A DNA stretch of 59,644 nt, the filler included. It is 5 parts of 5 records of this genome, joined end to end, with 100 filler letters (N's around TTAATTAATTAA, not from the genome) between each part and the next. Parts side by side here need not be neighbours in the genome. Positions count along the whole stretch, not along the records: positions 29,333 to 44,576 come from SRR20825019_2141; positions 44,677 to 59,644 come from SRR20825019_2143; 3 more parts are not named here. One strand, 5' to 3'. The notes under the pieces were generated by a model, which saw only the letters and a program-made list of their open reading frames with translations, was not told the origin of the DNA and searched no databases. The position numbers and the translations under genes were made by a program. Each line of letters begins with the position of its first letter. The stretch's first letter is position 1. This document shows positions 42,777-52,101 of the stretch, in pieces.

Positions 42777-43607
42777 CTAAAAGATTGCTGTTTCAGGATC
42801 TGGTCCGTTCCGGCCATCTTCTCGGTCGAGGCCGCGCAATGACTTAAGATCCTCCGCATCCAGATTGAACTCCAGCACTTCGAAATTCTGCTGTATCCGC
42901 TCCATCTTTTCGGATTTCGTAAGCAGGTGCAGCCCTTCGTCTAAATGCCATCGCAAGATAACTTGGCCAGGGTTCTTGGCGTGCTTGTGTGCGATGTTCT
43001 GTACAATCTCATTTGCAAGGGGAGACGCCCTGCCCTTCCAAATACCCAAAGGTGACCAAGATTGCGTGAGTATCTTCGCTTTTGCATGGTAGGCGCGCAG
43101 TGCTTTTTGCTGAAAATAGGGATGTAGTTCAACCTGGTTCAAGAACGGGGCTTCGCCTGTTTCTTCCATCAATCTGACAAGTTGAGGGATTGCAAAATTG
43201 CACACCCCGACTTTTTTCACGCGCCCGTCATCACGAAGGCGCAACATTGCTTTCCATGTTTCAACAAACTTGTTTTGTGCCTGCGAGGGCCAGTGCATGA
43301 GATAAAGATCAAGCTTTTCCAGCCCCAAACGGTCCATGCTGTCGTCGAATGCCTGAAGTGTCCTGCTGAATCCGTGATGCGTATTCCAGACTTTGCTCTG
43401 AATGACCAACTCATCACGCGCGATCTCAGAACGGCGCAATCCTTCGCCGACGCCAACTTCGTTATAGTATGCCTCTGCGGTATCAACGAGGCGATAGCCA
43501 GTGCTTATGGCCTGCTCGACAAGCAAGGACGCCGTCTCCTCGGGTACCTGCCAAAGGCCAAACCCGAGGCGTGGAAGCCTTTCGATTTCTTCATGTATAG
43601 CCGCCAT
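42777..43607 (-). CDS. Aldo/keto reductase
   Basis: LGFGLWQ, GYRLVDTAEAYYNE, LDLYLMHWP, NQVELHP and SWSPLG. Confidence 0.92.
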   Translation of the reverse strand: MAAIHEEIERLPRLGFGLWQVPEETASLLVEQAISTGYRLVDTAEAYYNEVGVGEGLRRSEIARDELVIQSKVWNTHHGFSRTLQAFDDSMDRLGLEKLDLYLMHWPSQAQNKFVETWKAMLRLRDDGRVKKVGVCNFAIPQLVRLMEETGEAPFLNQVELHPYFQQKALRAYHAKAKILTQSWSPLGIWKGRASPLANEIVQNIAHKHAKNPGQVILRWHLDEGLHLLTKSEKMERIQQNFEVLEFNLDAEDLKSLRGLDREDGRNGPDPETAIF

Positions 43608-43727
43608 CTGCCTTCATCCTTTGTTCTGCATATTTCTTAGGTATTGAACCAATCTCACGATGGACCCGTTCTTTTTGGCGATGTTCTGAGTTTCATCCGG
43701 GTCACCGATCGGGCACGTTGGTGATCC

Positions 43728-43765
43728 AAGGTTCTGCAAAAACCGATGGTTTATCGCAGAACCTT
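43728..43765. terminator. Stem-loop downstream of the NmrA-like gene
   Basis: AAGGTTCTGC...AAACC gat GGTTT...GCAGAACCTT inverted repeat; no clear U-tract on the minus strand. Confidence 0.4.
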
Positions 43766-43780
43766 TTATCTGTTCAGCGG

Positions 43781-44576
43781 TCAGCGCTGCTGACCAATAT
43801 GGTCCGTCAGCCAGTCTTGAACTGTTTGCGTTTCTATACCTTGTTGTGCATTGAATGTGCTCGACTTGGGCCAGTGCATGCCGGTTCCCATCGCAAACGC
43901 AATTCGGTACTTCTCCATCTGGCCCGGATTTTTCTTCAGAGCACGATCCAAAATATCGCGCGTAAGCTCTTCACGTTGGAAAGGGGTCCCGGTGATCTCT
44001 TCGGCAATGTCAGCAACCTGACCGTAACTTGTGGTATCCCCAGCGACAAACACAACCTCATTGGCAAAACGGGGCGAGTGTAGCAAAATCTCTGCCGTCA
44101 ATAGCCCGACGTCTTCTGGCGATGTCGTGGTAACCTGTGTCTCCCAACTGCCCAAGCCTTTGGCTGTCTTGTTCTCAAGGTCTACGATTCCGAACGCGGG
44201 CTCGAAAAGAAAGCTTGTGAACATACCCGTCGAAACGATCACCCACTCTGTCGTTTCTTGAGCGCGTAAAAGTAGCCTGACGTCATATTGCTCATCAAAT
44301 ACGTCATTTAGACTGGAATAACGTACCCTGTCGTAATCCACTCCGAACTGCCAGGGAACATAGCGTGGAACCCCCGCTGCAATGACCGCACGGGTGAGCC
44401 GGAGTTGTGTTCCACTGCCGGCCACGAAGCCTGTACAATTGACGACGGTTTCGAACGGTGAAAACGCGGACATCAGATCGCTCTTCGAAGCTGCCGCCAG
44501 ATCAAAAGGTATAACGGTAGCGCCAGTGTTTCGGATTTCCGTAATACGTGTTGATTGTCGCTGAGAACTGACCCGG
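43781..44576 (-). CDS. NmrA/isoflavone-reductase-like (aromatic alcohol reductase) protein, N-terminus cut by contig end
   Basis: AGVPRYVPWQFGVDYD, WVIVSTGMFTSFLF and TSPEDVG; the frame stays open to the contig edge. Confidence 0.82.
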
Positions 44577-44676
44577 NNNNNNNNNNNNNNNNNNNNNNNN
44601 NNNNNNNNNNNNNNNNNNNNTTAATTAATTAANNNNNNNNNNNNNNNNNNNNNNNNNNNNNNNNNNNNNNNNNNNN
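44577..44676. other. Artificial contig linker
   Basis: 44 N + TTAATTAATTAA + 44 N. Confidence 0.98.
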
Positions 44677-45255
44677 TCCATCATGAAGCGAGTGTCGACG
44701 GCGGAGGGAAGCTGCATTGATGCACTGAGTGTTGCAACCGATAAACTGGGGTTGTTGCCCACACGGCTGGCCTCATCGGAGGCTACGAAACTGCGATCGG
44801 TGGTTGGGGTTCTGACTGAGCAGCTTAATCGGCTGTTACCGACAGCCCCCCCTCCACTACTAAATCTACCCCGATCTCACAGTTCAGGGGATGTTAACAG
44901 GGCGGGGGCTAATGTACGGGGCTGGGACGTCAAACGGCCAGCCTCAGGCCTATCCACCTCCCACGTATCGTTCGAAGGCCCCGAGAGCAGTCGCTCCCTC
45001 CTCCCCTCGGGGAAGCTTGGCCGTAAGCCCCCCCTGGGTAATCTCAATGCCGAGCGCGCACAATTACTACTCCGATCCCTATCACCCCCCGTACCGATGT
45101 TCCATCCCAGCGTTCCTACCCTCCAGGTCTTGTCGCCACCCCCCAGTAGCGTTAAGCGGCTGTCCGCATCCCCCAACGTAGCGCACCCATCCAATATCCA
45201 GCAGTCCATCGCCACCGCCTTCCAAACCCAATTCAAAAAGGGTACGTCATTGTAG
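44677..45255 (+). CDS. Hypothetical protein, probably C-terminal part (Ser/Pro-rich)
   Basis: Frame open from the contig edge; followed by an AT-rich intergenic spacer like the other genes of this contig. Confidence 0.6.
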   Translation, partial: SIMKRVSTAEGSCIDALSVATDKLGLLPTRLASSEATKLRSVVGVLTEQLNRLLPTAPPPLLNLPRSHSSGDVNRAGANVRGWDVKRPASGLSTSHVSFEGPESSRSLLPSGKLGRKPPLGNLNAERAQLLLRSLSPPVPMFHPSVPTLQVLSPPPSSVKRLSASPNVAHPSNIQQSIATAFQTQFKKGTSL

Positions 45256-45351
45256 ACTATGTAATCCTACTTTAATCTTGTTGTACATATTCTACTGTTG
45301 TTGGTATTTGATTACTTTCAATAATGTTTTCCCTTTACCATTATAAGTTAT

Positions 45352-46335
45352 ATGGAGCCGCGGCGGTCTGTGCGGGACGCCCTGTCTGAGCTCCACCACA
45401 AGACGCGCCTGTTAGAGGATGAGAGGGACTACTTTGTAAACCTCCAGGCAACCACCGAGCGGGCATACGACCAACATAAGAGGGAACTACAGAGCCTGTT
45501 GGTGAAGGAGCGGGGGTACTTCGCTGCTTCCCAGCAGGACCTTGAGGCCCAGCTTAGCGACCTCCTCCGAATTAATCAGACCATCGACGTCGAACGGTCT
45601 ACGCTGGAAAACGAGCGCAAGAGAGAAGCAGATGCACGTAGACGGCGATTTGAGGATGAAGAGCGTCGACTGCGTGTTGAGCTGGCCGAAGCACGCGAGA
45701 CCCTCCGTCGTATGGCCACTGAAAGGGAGTCTGTAGCGTTAGAGGCCACCGGCATCGAGGGGGACATTAAGGACATGTTGGAGAGTCAAAATGACTTACG
45801 TGCTAATGTGGCCAAACACCAGGCAACCCGACGACAGCTTGAGAAGCGGCTTGAGGCGTTCAATGCCACCCCCAAGCCGTTTATCCCCTGTGGAAGGATA
45901 GTCAAGGCTTCCAACAACGAGGCCGAGGACTACCTCCCTGCCACCCAGAACATCTACGCCAAGGTCCAAACCATCGAGGCGCGCAATTACCGCATGCCGA
46001 TGGAAAACCGCCGACTGCCCTCCACCCACTCTCCTGCCGAGAGGTTAGGAGGTAAGATTCTCCACGACATTGTCAACATGCGTATGGAGTACGATGTGAC
46101 GGCAGAGCAGCTGGACAACCCCTACACCGACACCGCCCTAGCTAGTGCCCGAATGAAGGACCTCCTCAAGGGCATCGAGAAGCGTAAGGTGCAGCTGAAA
46201 AGGGTCCGCGATACCCAGCTCCACCAAGATGAGGAGGCACGACTCCACATCGTATTGGGGGAGATTGCCAGAGAGAACAACCTATGTGAGAGGTTACATG
46301 GGGATCTGGTAACCATCCTCCGGTCCAACTATTAA
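45352..46335 (+). CDS. Coiled-coil protein, CEP57/translokin-like
   Basis: RSVRDALSELHHKTRLLEDER resembles the Cep57 N-terminal motif; PFIPCG...NIYAKVQ resembles the central motif; MRMEY...MKDLLKGIEKRKVQLKRVR resembles the microtubule-binding domain. Confidence 0.55.
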   Translation: MEPRRSVRDALSELHHKTRLLEDERDYFVNLQATTERAYDQHKRELQSLLVKERGYFAASQQDLEAQLSDLLRINQTIDVERSTLENERKREADARRRRFEDEERRLRVELAEARETLRRMATERESVALEATGIEGDIKDMLESQNDLRANVAKHQATRRQLEKRLEAFNATPKPFIPCGRIVKASNNEAEDYLPATQNIYAKVQTIEARNYRMPMENRRLPSTHSPAERLGGKILHDIVNMRMEYDVTAEQLDNPYTDTALASARMKDLLKGIEKRKVQLKRVRDTQLHQDEEARLHIVLGEIARENNLCERLHGDLVTILRSNY

Positions 46336-46445
46336 TTGTATATTGTATCCTGTACTAAATGAAACATACACCCATGTATTGTGTCTGTGATGTGTGCTCC
46401 ACATATGTTTATTATATTGTTACCCCCCCTCCCTTAGATTTACAA

Positions 46446-47633
46446 ATGGCCTCTGCTTCGGAGATTCAGAACATCCTGCAGTACCTGGACCCCCAGCTGC
46501 ACCTCCCCATGATGGAGTTCGCCAAGAAGGCTGGCTTCGAGGTGACCCCCGTGACCGCTCCCCAGACCCCCTCCAAGGCTGATGTTGCCACCGCAACCAC
46601 TGCCGAGATCACCAAGGCCGGAACTGCCATCTCCACCCACTTCACCTGCGAGGGAGGCGTCTACGCCTTCATCAAGCCCACCGAGGAGACCGCTGCCCTT
46701 TCCAAGGCCCATACCGCCGCCATCGCCAACCTTGCCAAGCTTGCCTACGTCGACGGTAACTTCGTCAACGCATGCGCATTCTTCGCCTGCCTCGTTCACT
46801 TCCACCCCGCCGTTGAGCAGGATACCTACTACTGGGGATACCTCGTCTGCGCCATCCGCGCCGAGCAGTGGGACGTCGCACTCAAGGTAGTGCTTGCCCT
46901 CGAGGGTGCCCTTGAGGACCACCACACCGTCCCCCGTGTGTGGTTGTGGCACGCTAGCCTGTTTGTTGCCTTCCACGGTAGCAAGCACCGCGCAATCTCC
47001 GAGGTAATTTTCCAGGTCGAGAAGCAGAAGGATTACAACACCCGAAACAACGTGTCTCTGTATCACAACCGTGATGTCCTCGAGATGGTTGCCCCCCACT
47101 ACTGGAGGTACATCGCCGCCGCCACCTTCCTGGCCGCCGACGGACGTGGCTCAATCCAAAACATCTGCAAGTTCCTTCGCACCCTTAGCGGAGTGCCCCA
47201 GGATCCCCTAGTTCGTGTGGGCCACGCCATCTGGGTGGAGCGTAACGCCGTAGCTGCACTTGAGCTTCTCGACGAGGTGTCCGCAACCCTCAAGAGCGAC
47301 TTCTTCCTTGCACCCGTTGCCGACGCAATCCTCGACTCTGTCTACAAGCAGGTCTTCGACAGCTACATTCTAAGCCACAAGAAGGTAAGCCTCAAGCTAG
47401 TCGCCGAGCGCACCCACCAGAAGATCGAGGATGCCGAGGCTTGGGTTGTCAGGCTGCTCGAGGACAAGAACTACATCAAGGCTAAGATGGACTCGGCCAA
47501 GCAGGAGATCGAGATCGTAACGGTTAGAGGCGATGCCTACAGCCGCGTCCTCCGGGAGGTGTCCAAGGGTGGTCACGGACAGAAGGCTGGTTACAAGAGC
47601 GGGGGCTACAACAAGTACCCCAGGAAGGCGTAG
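46446..47633 (+). CDS. eIF3e: Translation initiation factor eIF3 subunit e (PCI domain)
   Basis: YLDPQLHLPMMEF, YWGYL, RVWLWHASLFVAF, APHYWRYIAAA, SDFFL and AEAWVVRL...AKMDS. Confidence 0.82.
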   Translation: MASASEIQNILQYLDPQLHLPMMEFAKKAGFEVTPVTAPQTPSKADVATATTAEITKAGTAISTHFTCEGGVYAFIKPTEETAALSKAHTAAIANLAKLAYVDGNFVNACAFFACLVHFHPAVEQDTYYWGYLVCAIRAEQWDVALKVVLALEGALEDHHTVPRVWLWHASLFVAFHGSKHRAISEVIFQVEKQKDYNTRNNVSLYHNRDVLEMVAPHYWRYIAAATFLAADGRGSIQNICKFLRTLSGVPQDPLVRVGHAIWVERNAVAALELLDEVSATLKSDFFLAPVADAILDSVYKQVFDSYILSHKKVSLKLVAERTHQKIEDAEAWVVRLLEDKNYIKAKMDSAKQEIEIVTVRGDAYSRVLREVSKGGHGQKAGYKSGGYNKYPRKA

Positions 47634-47748
47634 GAGGAGTAAAGTTTAACTAATTAACTTTCGAAATCAAAAACGCGCACTATTTAATTTCCATTTGTTG
47701 TATTGCATTATTAATATGTCCTATCATCCCTCACACCTTTTAAGTCCA

Positions 47749-48246
47749 ATGTCAGCTGCACCCCCCACACCTAAGGCCACAACCACAGGAAAGAGGCAAC
47801 CCATGAATGAAGATGCCTGGCAGAACGAATTCGGCAAGCACAGACAGCGCCTAGACAAGCAGAAGAGCTGCATCCCCAAGCCAGCTATGGCGACATCATT
47901 GGGCGGTAGTCAGAAGTCTCCAAGGAAGGTCCCCGTGAGTCCGCGGTCGACCCCAAAGACCCAGAAGATGGATGGCAACTCGTCGGGAAGGGCTAGCGCC
48001 TCTATGACCCTGGATAGTCTACCTGCGGCCGAGCGTAGGGTGTGTGAGGATATGATTGGTGTGCTGTTCAACAAGTCGGAGGAGGAGGGTAAGTCCCTAC
48101 TCCAGGCCGTATTCTTAGCGGCTGAGTCCAAGAGGCTGTTGGCTAATTACGGTGGGGTGTATCCCAGCCTGGACACCATGAATGGGGGCTCCCAGGCACC
48201 ATCCAACACGGGCAGTATGGTAGAGGCTCCAAGGAGGCAGGAATAG
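47749..48246 (+). CDS. Hypothetical protein (start uncertain)
   Basis: ORF with coding-like composition between AT-rich spacers on the polycistronic strand. Confidence 0.65.
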   Translation: MSAAPPTPKATTTGKRQPMNEDAWQNEFGKHRQRLDKQKSCIPKPAMATSLGGSQKSPRKVPVSPRSTPKTQKMDGNSSGRASASMTLDSLPAAERRVCEDMIGVLFNKSEEEGKSLLQAVFLAAESKRLLANYGGVYPSLDTMNGGSQAPSNTGSMVEAPRRQE

Positions 48247-48363
48247 GGTACCGTCGCCACCCAAGTGTAGTGTATATGTACCTTCATTATTCTCATATTT
48301 ATTGTATTATCATGTTTCTGACAACTGTTTGTGCTATATATTTCCCTTTTAGATTTAAGTATT

Positions 48364-49650
48364 ATGAATCACAAACGTGTTAGGGAGGAGGCTCTTGAGA
48401 GTCTACAGACACTTCAGAGAATGAGTGCCATCACCACCCTTGAACGGCTTAAGAAGACCACTGAGGTAAAGCCCTTCAACCGTGCCGTACTCCTGTTCAA
48501 TATGTACTTCCAGCGGCGCTCTGCCCTTAGCTTCCGCACCATTGCCGACTCCCCTCTCAGACTTGTCTACCCTGGTGCCTTTGCGTTTGTCCATCCTACT
48601 GCCTTCGTACAGAGCCTTCCCCCAGACGCTGCCACCGACCTGCTGACCGACCTGGATAGACATATTATGACCCACAGTGCCGCATCGGATAGTGGGGTTG
48701 ACAGCGAAATGCTGGACGTCGATGTATTCTGGGCACTACTGGCCGATTTACTGGAGGCGGTCGAGTTGGTACGAGATGCTTCCACTGCGGACTCCGACCT
48801 TGCTGCTGAGGCTTCAGGCCTTGTCAGCAGCGAGGCTTGCCCAGCCGAACAGCTCCCAGCCCTTAGGCGTGCCCTGGAGGCGCTCATCAAGGCCGACCAT
48901 GCTGGTCAGGGGTCAGTGGTAACCGTGTACCAGGCGGCCTTCGCTGAGGCGTCAATGAGGTTGGCAGTGCAGTGCATGGATGCGTTTGTTGACCGCTTTA
49001 AGCAGGCCGATCCTCCAATTTCTAATATTGTGCGGGAAGATGCCGAGAAGCTTCTATTGGAGCTCGAGGCGGAAGCAGCCCAATCTGGGGGAGGAAGTGC
49101 CCTATCTGGGCTAAGGGTGGATTATGTCCCTACCGAGACTGATATGATGCAGTACCTAACCGAAGCTAAGGACGCATTGTCGGACGATGAGGGGCTTTAC
49201 GGGGATGAGATCCACGACTACTACCAACATAAGGGGGTACCAGCCAAACCCCAGCAACAGGCCTCAATGCGTCGGCTTATCAAGCCCCAACGATTCTGTA
49301 AGGTCAAGACGGGGTATGTATGGAATGCCTATAACCGGGCTAAATACGATACTAAGGAGAACCCTCCCCCAAAGGTGGTGCAGAGGTACACATTTACCTT
49401 ATACTTCCCGCTCATAGTAGGATCGATTCGTAACCTCGATAATCTCTTCAGGGTTGAGGACACAGAGAAGGGCCCCTCGGACGCCTACTGCATCCTTGTC
49501 TTCTCGGCCGGGCCTCCGTATGCCGATGTGGCCTACCGTATTGTGAACCAACGCTGGGATAGGCGTAAGCGTGGAGTACAGGCCTCATTCGACGACAAGG
49601 GCAAGTTCCGACTCTCCTTTGGATTCGACTCCAACAACTACCGCCGTTAA
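48364..49650 (+). CDS. CACTIN: Cactin-like spliceosomal protein (C-terminal cactus-binding domain)
   Basis: KP.RF.KVKTGYVWNAYNRAKYD..NPPPKVVQRYTFTLYFP...FSAGPPYADVAYRIVN.RW...F....YRR. Confidence 0.85.
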   Translation: MNHKRVREEALESLQTLQRMSAITTLERLKKTTEVKPFNRAVLLFNMYFQRRSALSFRTIADSPLRLVYPGAFAFVHPTAFVQSLPPDAATDLLTDLDRHIMTHSAASDSGVDSEMLDVDVFWALLADLLEAVELVRDASTADSDLAAEASGLVSSEACPAEQLPALRRALEALIKADHAGQGSVVTVYQAAFAEASMRLAVQCMDAFVDRFKQADPPISNIVREDAEKLLLELEAEAAQSGGGSALSGLRVDYVPTETDMMQYLTEAKDALSDDEGLYGDEIHDYYQHKGVPAKPQQQASMRRLIKPQRFCKVKTGYVWNAYNRAKYDTKENPPPKVVQRYTFTLYFPLIVGSIRNLDNLFRVEDTEKGPSDAYCILVFSAGPPYADVAYRIVNQRWDRRKRGVQASFDDKGKFRLSFGFDSNNYRR

Positions 49651-49808
49651 TAGATATGATGGTAATTTTATTTTAACTATTCAATGTTTACTTGTACATT
49701 AATATTTCATTGCGACCTGACTATTTTGGCCTTTCCCCACCCCCTTTTATATGTAATAGATAGTGTGCTAGTTAGATGTATTGTGTCAACTTTGGATCCC
49801 CTAGGGTG

Positions 49809-51005
49809 ATGGAGCAGCTCACTGTTCCCAAGCTCGAGAGGACACTGGTGCTACTGAAGGAGAGGAAGAAGAAGATGCGTCAGCACGGTTCCTTCTGGCA
49901 TTACCAATCTGATAGGGATATGTTCTACCAGGCAATGAACGGACCTAAGGGTTGCAGCTTCGTCGTCGAGAGAGTCAATGATCGCTTCCAGTACAAACAT
50001 AATATGGACGGCCATGCCACATACCAGGTTAAGACCGTCAAGCGTCGTAATGCGTGGTACGATATGCTAGGAGGGCATGTCCGCCAACGTTGGGATACCA
50101 CCGTCGTCGGTAACAACTATGTCATGGACGGAGGTCTTCGTTACACCGGTAAGGGTATGAGCAAGGACAATGCCATCGCTATGTTTGAGCGTTGGGGTGT
50201 CAACCCTATTGTAATGGACGAATTTAGCAAGCCCACCTTTGGAGACAGGAAGTACTTCACCCACAGGCTATACATCCACAATTTCCCCTACATTCGTGAC
50301 CCCGAGATGCGTGACGATGCTGACTGGAACTGGCGTGGAAACGACAACATTGACTACACCACCTTGGATGTATCTGCCTCCAACCCTAAGAATGACTTCG
50401 TCTCCCTGTGGAACGAGGCCCTCAACAAGCACGGCGAGAAGGCTACCTCCACCCAAGCCGCAGCCCAGAAGGCAAGCAGCGACGCTAGCGCCAAGGCGGC
50501 CGCCGCGAAGATTGAAGCCGAAAAGGCCGCCGCAGCTGTTAAGGCCGCTTCTACTAAGGCCGATGCCGACAAGGCCGCCGCAGCTAAGATCGCTGCCGCC
50601 AAGGCTGACGCCGAGAAGATTGCCACCGCCAAGGCTGCCGCAGCTAAGGCCGAGGCTGCTAAGGTTGAGGCCGCAAACATCGCTGCTGCCAAGGCTGAGG
50701 CCGTTAAGGCTGAAACCGCCAAGGCTGAGGCAATTAACGCCGCGGCTGCTAAGGCTGATGCCGCTGAGGCCACTGAGAAGGCTGAGGCGAACGAAGCCGC
50801 CAAGGCTGACTCTACCAATCCCATGACAGCCAAGAATACGGGAGCCAAGGACGAGGCCGCCAAGGATAGTGCTACCAAGGCTGAGGTTGCTAAGGCTGTC
50901 TCTGGTTCTGCCAGCGTGAAGGCTGATGCCGCCAAGGAGGACGCCGCTAAGGCTAAGAAGCCCACCAAGGCCAAGGCCGAGCCCAAGGGTAAGGGTAAGG
51001 CGTAG
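49809..51005 (+). CDS. Probable complex I subunit NDUFS4-like protein with long Ala/Lys/Glu-rich C-terminal extension
   Basis: WYDMLGG...SKDNAIAMFERWG...YIHNF resembles the NDUFS4 pattern W.NPLMGW...TKEDA..FAEK.G...Y..NF. Confidence 0.45.
   Translation: MEQLTVPKLERTLVLLKERKKKMRQHGSFWHYQSDRDMFYQAMNGPKGCSFVVERVNDRFQYKHNMDGHATYQVKTVKRRNAWYDMLGGHVRQRWDTTVVGNNYVMDGGLRYTGKGMSKDNAIAMFERWGVNPIVMDEFSKPTFGDRKYFTHRLYIHNFPYIRDPEMRDDADWNWRGNDNIDYTTLDVSASNPKNDFVSLWNEALNKHGEKATSTQAAAQKASSDASAKAAAAKIEAEKAAAAVKAASTKADADKAAAAKIAAAKADAEKIATAKAAAAKAEAAKVEAANIAAAKAEAVKAETAKAEAINAAAAKADAAEATEKAEANEAAKADSTNPMTAKNTGAKDEAAKDSATKAEVAKAVSGSASVKADAAKEDAAKAKKPTKAKAEPKGKGKA
50440..51002 (+). repeat. Degenerate coding repeats (AAKAE/AAKAD; GCCGCCAAGGCTGA-like units)
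   Basis: Many imperfect copies in the 3' half of the ORF. Confidence 0.8.
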
Positions 51006-51213
51006 TGTACGATTAGGGATCGGTACTTATCGGGATTGGTTATGGTATTTTCTCACCCCCACCCTGGCACCAATGTGTCATTTATTACTACGACTTCAAA
51101 CCCCCTCTTCATATTTGATTGTTGTCTCTATGCCATATATGATTTAATGTATCTTACCCTTTCCACCGATCCTCTACACAATGAAGTATAGCATACACAC
51201 TAGTTATAATATC

Positions 51214-51987
51214 ATGGCAATCAAGCGTAGTCTGTCAGGCTCCCCCGATGCGGTGGCTGGGGCTTATAAGATGAAGTCAGGAGGTGTTCCCTATTCATGG
51301 GGCCCCGAGACCACCCCTGTAAAGTTCACCACCCACCTTATGGACCTCCCTAGGATGCCATGGTACAACGGTGAAAGGCACCAATTTACCGCCCAGTATA
51401 AGGAGAGGTCGTGGCTAGAGACCTGGCCCTCCAGGAGGGGAGGGTGGGAGAAGAGTAACCGGGCGGTGCTGACCAAGAACTACCACCCCGAGGCTATCAA
51501 GGAGGCACTCAAGATGGTTCCCCTGGGATTCGAGGTCCGCGACGTTCCTCGCCCACCCCAGCGTATCCGTGCCCAGTCCGAGGGGATCGTTGGTCGCTGG
51601 TTTACAAACTACTGGACCCTTCACTCAATCAAATACCAGTGCATGCTGGGCGGTATGGACTGGTCCCTGGGGGAGAGGGTTAGGCCCACCACCAACTATG
51701 AGCAGCCCTTCAACTATGTAGACTTTGAGATGACCAAGGCAGTCCGGGATCATCGGTCTAAATTCATCAACGTTAATCGTAGTATGGTGGGTATGTCGAA
51801 GAAGATCAAGGAGGTAGATGAAGTCAAGCGTTTCGCCGAACACAAGCGATTCCAGGAGGAGTTCTGGTCAAAGAGAAAGATCCTGATCAACCGTGTCAAG
51901 TCGATGTACTCACAGGGCCTACTTACCTCGGCCGAGGAGCTGCCCGTGACGACTATGAACATCAAGGCCTTCGCCAAGCAAGAGTAG
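51214..51987 (+). CDS. Conserved basic protein, probable kinetoplastid mitoribosomal large-subunit protein (mL59/mL64-like)
   Basis: Basic, Trp/Tyr-rich; RPPQRIRAQSEGIVGRWFTNYWTLHS and NRVKSMY resemble my recollection of a trypanosomal mitoribosome subunit; not verified. Confidence 0.45.
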   Translation: MAIKRSLSGSPDAVAGAYKMKSGGVPYSWGPETTPVKFTTHLMDLPRMPWYNGERHQFTAQYKERSWLETWPSRRGGWEKSNRAVLTKNYHPEAIKEALKMVPLGFEVRDVPRPPQRIRAQSEGIVGRWFTNYWTLHSIKYQCMLGGMDWSLGERVRPTTNYEQPFNYVDFEMTKAVRDHRSKFINVNRSMVGMSKKIKEVDEVKRFAEHKRFQEEFWSKRKILINRVKSMYSQGLLTSAEELPVTTMNIKAFAKQE

Positions 51988-52101
51988 TGAATATCACCAT
52001 TATTAATTACAATTCAACTACATTTTATTACTTGTAAAAGTTAATTTATTTTCTGTCTTTTATTTAATATGTTTCTTATCCCATTAAAGCCTAACGTTAG
52101 A

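Noticed and set aside
13865..44676. Eukaryotic and bacterial genes side by side, suggesting large-scale horizontal transfer; four identical TTAATTAATTAA motifs
   Set aside because: Every switch coincides with an identical 100-nt N/stop linker and genes are cut at these points; the contigs are simply concatenated.
50354..50986. 210-aa hydrophobic antisense ORF
   Set aside because: Mirror of the Ala/Lys repeat tail on the coding strand.
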